Shown here: in pieces, positions 14,505-26,974 of the stretch | How positions within the stretch are numbered: position 1 is the first letter of the stretch | Layout of the letters: each line of letters opens with the position of its first letter | Origin: Phoronis australis | Lineage: Eukaryota; Animalia; Phoronida | Reading direction: 5' to 3' | NCBI GenBank assembly: GCA_002633005.1 | Contig: NMRA01000047.1 | Coordinates: 123,224 to 187,223, forward strand | DNA length: 64,000 bases | Translations under genes and position numbers: made by a program | Notes under the pieces: model-generated | Seen by the model: the letters and a program-made list of their open reading frames with translations, nothing else | Databases searched by the model: none | What the model was told of the DNA's origin: nothing

Positions 14505-17500
14505 TCAACAAGTGTCTTCGTACGTATATCCCGGCCCCAGAGAAACTTGGTCCGGCGTGGTTGCGCGACAGTAGTACTCACTCCAAGATCCATCATACAT
14601 TGGTGCCTCGATCCCACATAGATGCGCCACCAGCGTAGTGATACAAGCCAGAATGCCTGTAAAACAAGAAACTAGTCGTTGGTAATTACGCTGTGCAAGC
14701 TTGCAATTCAGTTTATGGAGAACATTACTGCCTCATGCACGGCTTCAACAATGAGAATCAAAATATATGGCTTCGATGCACGTCATACTACTTGTATGGA
14801 GCACCCAGTCGATCAGCGCCCCCAGGTTATCTTTGAACAACTGCTGTCGAGAAAGAACTAGAAAAATAATGGCTGGGTAGGAAAATGTGTTTTGGGAATA
14901 TGAAAGATAAAAACTCGTGAAAACAGATCTGTATTCACCGGACAATATTGCTGTGAGAACGCCCGTGCGTTTTGCTAGGGAGGCGAAGGAAGGCGACTAT
15001 CCTGTAGTAATTCTCTTACCCGGAGATGTTCACTTATTGTTCTTACAGGTACATTCTATGTACAGGTCGCAAAATCACGAACAACTGAAGAACTATAAAA
15101 ACAAGATTTTTCTTGTTTGGCAAGTACAGTACGTCAACCTTTACACTTCGCCTTTAAAAAGCAACTCCCAGTTTCAGGTTTGACAATGGCCGTACAGTCT
15201 GGATTCAGTTTTCGTGCTCAGACTTGACACTGCTAAACTACAAGCGTGGAATTATTGTGTAATATCAGAAATTCTTTAGCAAATGAGTGCGTAAGCTCAA
15301 GTCAGATAATATTTAATCTTAAGGCAATTGACTGGGCTAAGTGGAAGCACATGGTACTGGTGACGTTAGTTCACACACGAGGGGCCTCTGGGGCCCGGTA
15401 CAAGAAAATTGACTTTGCTTAGAAAAATGTTAAATTTATGTCAATTTTCAGATATGACTTCAATTTATCTTAAGTCTGTTCCAAGAAATAAAGCGAAGTT
15501 AAGATTTACTTAAGTTTCGCCTGATGTTCTACTACTTACTGGATGCGGAAATTTCAGTTTGGAAATTGAGACAAATCTTAGACTTAAGTAAAACATGAAG
15601 TTAGGTCAGTTTCTTGGAGCGGGTCCCTGAATTAGAATAACAGCTGTGTTGGCTTGCAGAGTAGGAGCATTGTCCTTAAAAATGGTTTCCTATTTGCCCT
15701 AACTAGAGCGAGAGGGGTGAGTTTGTCTATATGTATCAATGTCCATTGCAAACTAAAACTGTGGTGCTCAGCCTCAGCACGGATGAAGACATTGGTCACT
15801 AGTTACCTTGCCCGTCTGGCCAGACTCGAGACAGAGTAGTTGGTTGTTTCAAGTGTGTCAACAGTTTGTAACCCTTTCCAGATGCATAACTGCCTACATC
15901 TAATTCAGTGCACAAGATGATTTTAATCAGTGAAGTATACGGAATTATCATTGTCTGTAACTTGTTTTACCGATGACATTCCCAATGGATATCTGCCTGA
16001 GAACATCATATTACCTGAACGACAGGTGGAAATTATGGGTTTTCGCAGATCAATTCCCGCTTTTTTTAACATGTCCATCAGTTCAGGCGTGGATTTGATA
16101 AGGTTCTCCGGGTTCAAAACGTGATCAAATGGTATGTTGATGGAATGCGGAATGTGACCGGGTTGAACCGCTGCAATGAAAAAAGTCAAATATTTTAAGT
16201 GCAATGTGGAAGACAAAAATGAGCCTAATTAAATGCAATGTGAATTTTTAGCCACGTAGAATCCAGTGTGAATGAAGGAGCATTTCTAAGAACTATTCTC
16301 CTTTCGGCAATTTTGGAATATACATGCGACCTTCCTTTGGTAAAACTTACGGTAGAGCTATAAGTTGAAACCTGTTTCATCACTCAAGTGAGACGCCAAT
16401 GGTGCATTAGCATGGTACAGAACGAGAATTAGTTGAAATCACCAAAACTGGATTTATTGACATTTCAATTTATTTTTAATATGTTACTTAAGAGAACTTT
16501 CTTTCAAAACTTTCAAAATTTACAAAATCCTAAATCTCAACAACCACTATCTTTTGAAAAGAGAGATACCTACGGCTTGTTGGAATGAGTCCCATGAAGC
16601 TTTGGTTAGGTCTGGAATCCACTACCTGATAGTTGCCAGTCCGCAAATTGTCTATTAGGTCTTCAAACGTGGCCAACAAAGGGCGGTACAGGCTGGCTGT
16701 AAAGTTTTGCGCGTCAATCGAAGTTGCTTCACTTGTAGTCATAAATCCGTCTTCCTCCCACTTCGGTAATCCGCCATTCAGCACAGAGACTCGATCATGG
16801 CCAAATACTTTGAACATCCACCAGACGCGCGGGGAGGATCGGATCTTGAGAGGGCTGTTATCGTAAACGACTACGTGGTGATTGTTACTGATTCCAAGAT
16901 GCCCGACATATTCAGCAAACTCTTCGGGTGAAGGAAGCATCAATGGAAAAGGGGAATTCTTGTTGGCGCATTCAGTTAAGTCGAAAAATCTGGCTCCAGG
17001 GATGTGCTTGCTCAAAAAGCTTTCAGAAGCCTTATATCCTGATTCAGTCAGACTTCCGTCTAGGATTCGAATGCTTGGATCTCCACGCTGGATTAAATCG
17101 TGCAACTGAGACGTGGAAAGTAAAGTTTCTTCTCTGATTCGTTGAAACCGGCTCTCTGACTCCTGGGAATGCGCAACAGTACTCACGAACAAAACTGTTA
17201 CAATTGTCCAAGTTCGCTAAAAATAAATCAACAATGACCAATGAAAATGGACTAGCCATCAAATATCAGTACACAATGCATGTACACGTTGACTTAAACT
17301 CTTCCCAAACACGTCACTTGCAGCATTAAGCCTTTTTCATCATCAAACTGAGGCGAAAAGTAATTTTCTGAGACCAGCGTCGGCGCGAAGTTGAACGCAG
17401 TCCCCAGTCTAACACTCTGCTGTCGGAGCTAAATCTCACTAGAAAAACACCATAGTATTTTAAGTGTATTAATTTAAGTGAGGATTGTCTAGCAGGCACC

Positions 17501-17743
17501 TATAGAGAACTAACTATTCGTAAAAAATCACAGAAGCTCATTAGAATGTTTTCTTTTGAGTTTTGACGTTCTGTTCTGGTCTATTCCATCCAACAGTGAT
17601 CCATTTTTGACCGTAAAATCGCTGTCAATTTAAATACTATAAATACGCAGAGAACGAAGTTTGTCGAAATGAACAAAAACTCATTTTAATTGGAAAAAGT
17701 GTTCGAAGCAATGTTTGCTTACATGCAGGTCTACAACTGTCAT
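14505..17743 (-). CDS. TST/MPST-like: Tandem-rhodanese sulfurtransferase (thiosulfate/3-mercaptopyruvate sulfurtransferase family), 4 exons, about 323 aa
   Basis: Exons 17743-17723 (MTVVDLH, inferred), 17216-16574, 16170-16015 and 14656-14505 (TGA), with GT-AG introns in phases 0/1/1 giving 972 nt in frame. Family motifs: HIPGARFFD, LPSPEEFAEYVGHLGISNNHHVVVYD, SPRVWWMFKVFGHDRVSVLNGGLPKW, QVVDSR, GHIPHSINIPF, active-site loop TCRSGIL spanning intron 3, and C-terminal YDGSWSEY. The first micro-exon is less certain than the rest. Confidence 0.93.
15391..15626. mobile_element. Harbinger-like MITE in sulfurtransferase intron 3
   Basis: TIR GGGCCCGGTACAAGAAAATTGAC / GTCAGTTTCTTGGAGCGGGTCC with a CTG 3-bp duplication; internal CTTAAGT repeats. 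Confidence 0.65.
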
Positions 17744-18117
17744 TTTGTACAGCACGTTTACTGAGCCCTGATCGTTAATTCAGTTATAAATCATAGATGG
17801 AATAAACTACCCTCAGCAAATTTTCTGTGCGGTCTACTGTTAAACCTGGGCATGAACCAGCTTCTAAACATTCCTCCCAGACATAAGGCCAAAAAGCATG
17901 CTCGGTTCTGTTCTGTACCTCGACTTATTTGGAAACCAGCGCCCACTTCTTTAAAGAGAATGATACCCGCTTTAATTAGACATTTTACCGTCTTAATCGG
18001 TCTATATCCGCATCAACTCGTCGATCTTACCTCGCCGAGAGGTGTCACGTTAACCTGTGAGGAAGGTGAGAAAAAACGCAGCGACCTCAGTGGTTCTTCG
18101 GCAGAGTGAGTGCCGCT

Positions 18118-18260
18118 ATGGTGTGGTGTATTGTTCCCACTTGTGCGAACTATGAACTGCAAGGAAAGCGGGTATATCGTTTTTTCGATTTCCGCGTGCT
18201 TCGGAAGTGGCTCGCGGTAGTGAAGAATGAAAAGCACGCCGTTAATACCAAGTATGAGGC
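18118..18260 (+). pseudogene. THAP-domain relic (transposase N-terminus)
   Basis: MVWCIVPTCANYELQGKRVYRFFDFRVLRKWLAVVKNEK, matching MxxCxVPxCxN...F.F....LRKWL. Confidence 0.7.
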
Positions 18261-18427
18261 CGTGAAACTTCTCCGTAGGTGTCTGTCAGTGGCCTACACT
18301 TCGTCGGATCGGTTGCTGATCAGTTTTTGATTGTGGAGAATTGTAGTTGGCCATGAAAACATAAACAATTACAATTAATTGAAGGCGTGAAAACATAACG
18401 TTTTACATAGCCTGTTTGATGACTGAC

Positions 18428-18824
18428 TCGTTCGTTAGGGTTTTGTTTGGTACTCCGGGTGTAGGATTTTTTAGCCATTTCTTTTTCTCAGCCCTAAAAA
18501 ACGTCGTAAGCACATCTTTTTAAGATGAGTGGCAAAATCAGAATTGTCCATGAGACACGCCTGCGCTTGTCCAAGAATTCGTTTCACTTGCGAAATTCCG
18601 TGGCAGCAAACGCTTGCGTTAGTCGTTCCATTGTCGTACAGTTAGCTCACTGACACCACAAGTTCAAACAGTTTTCGGAACTATTCACACGTTCCGTTGT
18701 CTATGTACGTTCACGGAGCCTCTCTATTATTTCTTGATCAGTGTTGTCCTGTGAAACCTAACAATCGACCTGTGAAATCTTCGTCGGATGAACACTCGTC
18801 TAAGTCGAAATTGCGAGTTGCCAC
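18428..18824 (-). pseudogene. Second P2X7-ballast-like (KolX-like) relic
   Basis: DECSSDEDF...LWCQ*ANCTTMERLTQ/VCCHGISQV...CLMDNSDFATHL/DVLTTFFRAEKKKWLKNPTPG.PNKTLTN followed by a GT donor. It aligns by eye with the 41199 copy, including the same phase-2 intron position after LTN. Confidence 0.72.
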
Positions 18825-20323
18825 GTTGATGTTTATATTGTGCGTTCTGCCGGTTTCAAATGAATTATTCTCAACTTGGCTGGTTTATGTTCGTGATGTC
18901 CTCAGTCCGGCCACGATGTGCCTGATCGGGTTCCGAGCCACTGGCCGGGATAGCAAGCGTTTTGTGTGTTTAGAACTGAAAAACTCGCAAGTCTAAAATT
19001 ACAGCACGCAGCTATATTCTCTTGTCTATATTTCACGGAAGAATAATTTGAATTAAACATACCCCAAACTCCCGCGACCGACCTTGCGGCAAATTGGCCT
19101 GCCGAACTTTGTAGGCTACGGTACGTTCAAATACCTAAAATCCGTAAGAGCGAAACAAAATAACGCGTTTGTTTAGTAACTCAGTGTATTTGTAAGGGTT
19201 TTACATCCAATTTTGATGATTTATTGTTGTAAAATGATGAATTCAAGCGATAAGCTGAAACCAGTAAGCGCGTTGTGAACTGCTGGACAGACTGCATTCG
19301 AATCTCTGACGTCATTGCTTAATTTCAAGACCTGCGTCTGCCGTCAGGTGTCAGGTAAAAGAGCTGTACTTGCTGTTATTGAGTGGAACTACTCGATCTA
19401 AATTGATAGAAAATAGGTTGTTTTGGTTGGCATTCTCCTTCAAAGAAACAAACGCTCGCCAGTGTCAGTTTTCACCGAGGTCTCAAACGACCTTGATAAA
19501 ACGCCATGGCGTGCCCAGTGAAGCAAACATGCCTGTCTGTCAAGAATTTCGACCTGGATTTTGTTATTCCCTGGCCCCTAGAAAATCGTAGCAGTCGACA
19601 TAACTCGACCGGAAATCGATAGATTTGCCTTTCGAGCATTTTTTTGACCCGGGCCTAAAGATATGAAAGGCTTACCGTATCGAAACAGTACTAACCTTCG
19701 GTGTTGTTTAATTATTGTCGTGGTATGACGGCGATTTGAAAAGTTTCAGAACAACGAATATCCGTATACAGTAGGATTTACTTAATCTATCCGAATGTTT
19801 CATTCCCACTAGAAAACTTTTCTTGAAAACAACGCATGCGCAAAAGTAGCAGAATCCACATGGTCATAATGCCCTGGTTTAGTGACAAACATTTTCAAAT
19901 TTAACGTATTGTCAATTCCATTTTTGACCTGTTGAAAATGTGTGTATTTTTCTTGGTTACGGAAAAGAAATCCTATCGTCGATCGATTGTAACAGTAAAG
20001 TTAACGCATTAATTCGATTTTCGTTTTGCAGCTTCGAGTGCTTTGAGAGCAAAAGTTCACTAAAAGCTTTAGCGGGGAATAAACTGTACACGCGTTTGTA
20101 ATCCAAACAATTTAGACTTTTTCAATTACCCCAGTTGATCTATTTTACGTATTATAAACAAAATGGTGTACCGCGATTCCACCATGCTGTAAATCACATT
20201 CCAAAACGGGGATATAAACAAGGAACGATTTTGCGTTCCTAGTAGCAAAATATGCACATTTTACTCAGAGAATAACTTCGTAGTAGGAATGGAATTATTT
20301 GGAGGTCTGTATGTTGCACTGGT

Positions 20324-21078
20324 TCAACTTTTGGCCCGGCGCAACTGACACGGAGCAAATTGATGGGTCTCAAGCGCCCGTTTACGCACACAACTCACTC
20401 TGGCAAGACTGAAATTGTAGGCTGGAGAGTGGATCACACATGCGCAGGTTTTCAAATGACGGGAGTTGAAGAGACAGAGAACCTGTATTTAGGTCATTAC
20501 ACAAGCGCAGAAGAGATGATCCTTTCCGCCTTGCCCCAGCTTCGCGTTTAGACAAATAATTGACACGAAGCATGATGTTCTAGCGCAAATTGCTCTACCT
20601 CACAAACGGGTGGCAAAAGTAGTCACCGCGGTGTTAATTTGCTTTAGTTCAGTCCCGTTTACACACATACTTGCGCTGGAATAATTCGTTCGGTGTCAGC
20701 TGATCCGTGTCAACTTTTGTAGTTTAAACGGCAAGTACTTGCGCTGGAACATCTCGCTCCGTGTCAGCTGATCCGTGTCAACTTTTGTAGTGTAAACGGC
20801 CGCGGTGACAACTTTTGTCACACGTTTGTGAGGTAGAGCAATTTGCGGTCGATCATTTTGCTCCGTGTCGATTATAGGTCTAAACGCGAAACTGGGACTA
20901 GGCAGACATAATCATCTCCACTGCCCTTGTGCAATGACCTACAATCAAGTTCTCTATCTGTGCAACTCCGCCATTTGAAAGCCTGCGCATGTGCGATCCA
21001 CTCAGTGAGTTGTGTGTGTAAACGGCTGTTTGACACTGATCATTTGCTCAGTGTCAGTTGCGCCTGGCCAAAAGTTGA
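20324..21078. mobile_element. Foldback MITE with arms of about 300 bp and an internal tandem duplication of about 68 bp
   Basis: TCAACTTTTGGCC..GCGCAACTGACAC.GAGCAAAT at the left and its inverse at the right. The centre has TACTTGCGCTGGAA...GTGTCAACTTTTGTAGT.TAAACGGC twice (about 20667-20800). Confidence 0.82.
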
Positions 21079-21390
21079 TGTCTCATTGGGACTAATGACA
21101 TTAGCTCTAATCTAATCCTGTCAACAAACATTGGGTAACCGGGCAAATGAGAGTGCTATACCAGCTGTATAAGCTCTGCCTTCAGCTGAGTTATATAACA
21201 ATGCATCGATCGATAAAATATTTCCAGGGACTGGGTGGATGTTTCAAACTAATTACGGTTCTTAAGATAAATAAGCCAAGGCTCGAGGTCAGAATCAGAC
21301 GATATTTTCGGTTGACGCGTTTTGCTTTGCAGGAAAAGCAGAAAACGAACTTACCCATAGTCTTGCAATACGTGGCACTTCCTGTAGGCC

Positions 21391-22198
21391 GGATTGTACT
21401 GAAACCCCCTCGATCCCCACATTCCTTGACCCACAACCCCACCGACCCATGACCCACGACCCCCTCAACCCACGACCCGGATGTAGCTGGGCGACTTTCC
21501 CATAACATAAGACATACCTACACGCGAGTCTGCTCTGACTGAAGTCTGGTGATTGAAAACAGAAAGTGACGGGAAAACGCCGGTGTGTTTTGAATAGCGC
21601 ATTGTGAGCGCGCTATCGTTGACACGGAAATAGTTCCACGACCGGCTATCAACGACACAGTTGTAATAAACTTAGGGAGAGAGTACGTTAACGTGAATGT
21701 ACATAATTTCATATTTTTATTATTTGCTTTCTTTTATATACTCTCTTACAATATACGCCATATAACATTGAAATACTTTTTAGTTAACAGTTTGTTTTTT
21801 CAAGCTATATTACTGGTGAAATTACAGTTTTGTCATTTCCTCGCACTCTGCATTTCACTGAAGAGCAGACGAGACGATAACCGTGACTCTGCCGGGAACG
21901 ACATTGCAAGATTGGTAGGTCTTTGATTTGATTTGGTTGCGTCGTTTTCTTTTGTTTTGGCTTTCAAACTTGCCGAATCGACTGCCTTAATTGCAAAAAA
22001 CAGGGAAAAGCCAGTCGAGCTCACGGCCCAACTCATTGGTGCTGAAGTCAGCATTTGTTCTATGTTCAGATCGAGTCGATCTTGTGTAGACTGGGTCGAC
22101 GGGGTTCTGGGTCGTGGGTCGACGGGGTCGAGGGTCGTGTGGGTCGAGGGGGGTTTGGGCCGATGGGGTGGGGGGCTGAGGGGGTTTCAGAAAAATCC
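21391..22198. mobile_element. Non-autonomous MULE/MuDR-like element with a 9-bp TSD
   Basis: TIR GGATTGTACTGAAACCCCCTC / GAGGGGGTTTCAGAAAAATCC; perfect TSD CTGTAGGCC at 21382-21390 and 22199-22207; inverted arrays of GACCC subterminal motifs. Confidence 0.85.
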
Positions 22199-24187
22199 CT
22201 GTAGGCCTGGTTGGATCTTGGCAATATTTGTGCATTTGGTTGTTTTGTCATATTTTTCAATGTGAAAAAACGTTGAATTTGGTTATTTGACATCGCCATT
22301 TCATGGCATCGAAAGCATACGTTGACTACATGCTCTCTTCCGCCAATAGCGTAGTCAGGTGATAATGGTGTAGTTCGTTTTACATAGTTCATTGCGGCTT
22401 CGTTACAATCAACATCGAGAATCTCACAGAAATGAGACTGAAAAGTATTTACAACTGTGTTCTTCATCCAGTTTTATCAGCAGTCATGTAATTCGCACGT
22501 ACACAGTCTATTTGTTTAAAGGTCACACTTGTAACACAGATTAGATATGATTTGCACGACTTCGAAAGTGTGAGGCCAACCCGCCTATCGAGAATCAATA
22601 TCGTTAGAATTTGAGCTGGATGTGCGAGGGAGTCTTCCTGAAAAACAGGCCTGTATACTATCGACGGAAGATTAACATACTTTAGAGGTGACCTTTGTCG
22701 AAAAGCTACGCAACCAACGGCGAGCTTTCAAAAATGTTACGAAAATTGTTACGAGCACCATGATTCTGTTACAACCCAAAATTAATGTTTTGTTTAAAAG
22801 TGTGTCCAATGTAAGGCACTTGTCTTGCTCACAGGCGTCCTCAGCTTCTGATCGTGCCCAACACACTTTATAATATATACTAAAAGGTATGACACTCCGG
22901 ACTAGAAATTCCATGGGTGCTTCACTTCAGCCGTCTATAGCGAGAAGAAAACTCAATAAATTTACACAAAACAGGGGTTCAACAAACCATGAGGAATTGT
23001 TCTTTCTCCCAATACCATTAACGATGTTCTGCTCTATCGAGTTCGCAACAAATTCGCGGTCAAAGTACAAAAAAGCTTACCAAAAAGTCGCTGCGTACTA
23101 TCACTACGCTTCACGTGCGCGAGTCAAATAGGGTACGAATAATCCGATGAGTTACGAATGGACGGCAATTGCCGGTTCATCACGGGAGGTTACGAACTGG
23201 TGTCGCTCAGTGTGGAGTTATTGATGTCGTGATCTTCCGTGACAAACCGGCAATTTCTGTCAAAAAAGCGTGGTGTCTTGCAAGAGGACGCTTAGCGTCG
23301 ACGTGGGTGGTGTTGCACGATGCGATGAGTGAACGAACGCGCTGTCAAGACAGGCCGCGCGCACGAGGCATGAAAATTTATACGATGTCGGAGTAGAAAG
23401 TTTTTCGAGATGACCCATGTTTCTGTGCTAGGAATGCACGCCGTTGGTCGCGGGAGAAACTAGGCTGTCGAACTCAGCGGATTTTTTAACTTGCCGCCGG
23501 CCGTTACTCAAACAATTGGAGGAATAACCCAGAATTAAAACTCATGGTATTGCCACACGATTTTAGTATAAAGAAAGTTAACTTTTGAGAATCACACCCA
23601 ATCGACGCTATTTAAGCAGAATGTCTATTTGGCCAGAATGTTGGTGGTACAGGCACGAGTGAAAATGTTTAACCATTACGATGAAAGTCGTTCTTTATCC
23701 TCGTTGCCAATATTGTTTAGATAGTAACGCGGTGATTTGATATAACACATATACTGCTTGATGAAGAGACGGTAACTGCATATTCTTTTGGAATACTAAC
23801 AAATAGATCTACATAATGTAGTTATAAAGTTCTTCTCCACACTGAGTAAAGATGAGTCACATAGCTGTAGTTAATATGTATACACATGTGTTGGCTGTTA
23901 ATAAAGTTTGCTTGTGAACCACATTTCTTTTTATTTTATCTCGCATATTCGTCTATAATTCGCTTAAAAACCCCTCACACTTTCAAAAAAAAATGTGAAT
24001 ACCGAAATTTTCAACTTCGACCTATCTTCGGAAAAACGTCACAAAATGTTCCGGAATAGGGACGTGACCCGATCATTGCCGAGTCTGCCCATAGTGTCCA
24101 TTGTGTGTGCCAAGATGAGTACTTTTGTTTTTTTTTCAAATTTAGACGGATTTTTCGATTTAAAGTGGAGTAAATATTTGAAGAAGA

Positions 24188-24372
24188 ATGCCTGAACGTT
24201 GTATAGTTGGAGGCTGTGGCAATAAGCCAAAGGCTGGGGGTATCTTCGCACAAGTTTCCCACTGATCCAAGACTGCGTCGCAAGTGAGATGACTGCGTAG
24301 TCCTCGAGTAGCGAGCGTCGCCGTATTCGGTAGTATGTAGCGAACATATTTCTATGGACTACTTCGAGAAGT
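24188..24372 (+). pseudogene. THAP-domain transposase relic
   Basis: MPERCIVGGCGNKPKAG, then after a frameshift VSSHKFPTDPRLRRK*DDCV..*RASPYSVVCSEHISMDYFEK. The stops fall at the Trp positions expected in THAP. Element boundaries are not resolved. Confidence 0.78.
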
Positions 24373-26244
24373 AGCCAGTAGTAAATACATCAATATAATC
24401 GAAAAGATAATACATCCCACTCAATAAAAATTGAAATGTTATCAAAATCGGGTTAAGCAGTGCAAAGTTATTGAAATTTTTGTTGCGAAATTTGAGTCAT
24501 TTGTTAGGATCGGGTCGGCCATCTTGGACGACAGCGGCATAAGTTACGAATTTAAAACCGTGTATAAATTATTTTCACCAATAATTTACGATGAAATTTA
24601 GTAAGAAATATCTATACTTACTATTCTGAGCGAAGCAATAGTTTTCACTAGATTTTAGCCACGCAGATGTTACTTATTGAGTGATAAAAGTGATCACAAT
24701 TCCCGTTGGACTCATTTCCGGCCGCACCGACAATATGGCGACTTACGCTGAACTGAAGGGCATGTTCAATCGGCTATTTTGTATTTGGTGAAGATTTAAC
24801 TTTGATACATTTTGATGAAAGCTGCTATAAAAAAACAACTTTGCACAATGGTTAGGTTTCTTGTGCAAAAAATATAAGGAATATTATAATTATTGCAGTG
24901 TGAATATCTCATTCAGTTGACCATGCACTCAGCTTAAAAATAGTTTTAAAAGTTTTGAAATCGTTTTTTCTTTGACAGTCAGTTGCGCTTCAAGGTTTGA
25001 TTATGTGTCACAACATAATTCATATTTTTCTAAATTTTACCTTTGAATCGTTCTGTTAGTACAGGCGTTGTAACTTGATGCTTTCTTAATTCAAGTTATC
25101 AAGGCAACAAAATGTAAAGACTCTTAATTAGAGTAATAGGCTATGTTGGATTGTGAAGCTTATAGCCTCCAAACCTTTTTCCATGCAACTTCTTATTTTT
25201 TCAAATCACACTTGTGGAATTCTAGTGCAAGGAAACACATGGTCGCCATGGTAATAGTTAGGCAATACCACTTTCATATCATGTAAATTTTTTGTGTTGT
25301 TGGATAACGTTTGCAATGCTTGAATGTCCTAAAGTACTGTGCATTTTAAGTTATTTGTTTTGGTAAAAGATTAGATCATTTTGGCTTACATATCAACTTT
25401 ACTGTATTGAGATTATTTCAGGTTTGACTTAGATGTAACCTTCAACTTATACCTTGAAAGTCTTTCACTGTAGAAACCAAATATGTAATTCCGACAGAAA
25501 ACACTTTATTTTAATTTGAATTGTGGATTAAATCGTAATCGTCCTCTGATTTGTTCTTTCATTTCAACGACTCAGTGACCAAAACATGATAGAATTAGCT
25601 TGCCATAATGAACGCCTGAAATGATATGTTCACTGGCATCTTCAGGTAATATTTCTTGATGTCTTGGGTTTATTATCATTTCAATAGATTAACACATGAG
25701 TTTAAAAAACCAAGTTCATAAGACTTCCATTTCAAGTGTTCTTGTAATTTTGTCATTGATATTGCCACCTCCACTCAAATTTCAATTATATATGTGGTTG
25801 AATTAAAAGGTGACATATTTCCTACTCATTGCTGAAAATGAAAAAAATGGAAAATGTAATATTTTGTATCGGGCTTTATTATCAGTGATACACTGGTTGT
25901 TACATTTCGTTGGAAAAAAACAATTGAGTTATGCCAACAAATGGAGTTGAAAGGAATTATCAGATGAAGCAAGCAAGTTTTTGGAGGGTTGACTGCCTAT
26001 AGCCATTACAATAACACAGCGGCCTGCCTGATCTGACATCGCAGAAGGTTATGTAACCAGATATGTTTTCATAATTGACTCGGCTCAATGAGCTCATTGC
26101 TCGGCTGAAGTCGGATAAGGTTTATTACTGCTGTGCTTTTCTAATCATCCACGCTTTGCGGACAAAACTGCCCTGTGCAAAAGATTCACACGGGGTTATT
26201 CTTTGTGTTGAAAAGCAGTTGTTGGTATCAAACTATGTTTTTAA

Positions 26245-26974
26245 GGGTGTGTGGTCGACACACCAGCACAACATACAATAGATCAACGCTAAGCTCCTCC
26301 CACAGACCAGCCAAGTTCGCAAAATGATTAAAATTACGCTGAAAATAAATAGGCATGTAATACTTTCTAAACATGAAGTAAATATCCGCTTTATTTCTAT
26401 TACAACAACAGAAATTGGAACGTGCATTCGAAACAAATGTTGACCTCAAGTGGCAATCGATGCCCGCTTAACTTCAGCGCCGTTTTTCTTGGCTCCTGAC
26501 TTCATAGTGGTGACAAGGTTCTCTCCGCAACGCGTGGGTCAATTTTTACGAAATTTCCAAATTTGAAATTCGCTATAACTAAAGTACAATCGCGTGTAAG
26601 GGTTCTTTTGATACACGGTCTAGATTTTTACTTATTAGACGGAAAGTGACGTAATGATAGAAGGTGGCGTGCGTGCAACAACTCACACAAAAAATGCTAC
26701 AAAATCCAGATCATGATGATTTTATACATACATTTGGTATAGATACGTAGAATATTGCGTAAGGAAACAGTTGATAATAATGTCTGTTCGTTTTGAAAAA
26801 AATAGCGATAAAATTTAATTTTTTTGAAAATTAAAAAATACGATATTTAAAAAATGAAATACAATAAATTTTTTTTGATTTTTGACACTTTTAGAGTCAT
26901 GTCTAACTGGTTTAAACACCTTTTTTACTTATTTTAGATAGGAACCTGGAGATTCGACCAGTGTATACACCCCC
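26245..26974. mobile_element. TTAA-flanked non-autonomous TIR element
   Basis: TTAA|GGGTGTG.TGGTCGA at the left and TCGACCAGTGTATACACCCCC|TTAA at the right. Confidence 0.45.

Larger units (their letters stand above)
17955..19022. mobile_element. Internally deleted Kolobok-type element (about 1.07 kb)
   Basis: Left end TTAA|AGAGAATGATACCCGC...TTAGAC; degenerate inverted right end GTCTAAAATT...ATATTCTCT. Contains a THAP relic on + and a ballast-like relic on -. Confidence 0.68.

Noticed and set aside
17044-17262. ORF starting MASPFSLV as the sulfurtransferase start
   Set aside because: It is out of frame with the rhodanese domain, and the ATG lies upstream of a good splice acceptor at 17217.
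18260-18330. ATDRH motif on the - strand resembling a Kolobok catalytic-core motif
   Set aside because: It is on the opposite strand to the THAP start and too short to support a call; it could be a small inversion or chance.
21933-22467. Pro/Gly-rich ORFs of 82-133 aa
   Set aside because: They arise from the GACCC subterminal arrays of the MULE-like element.
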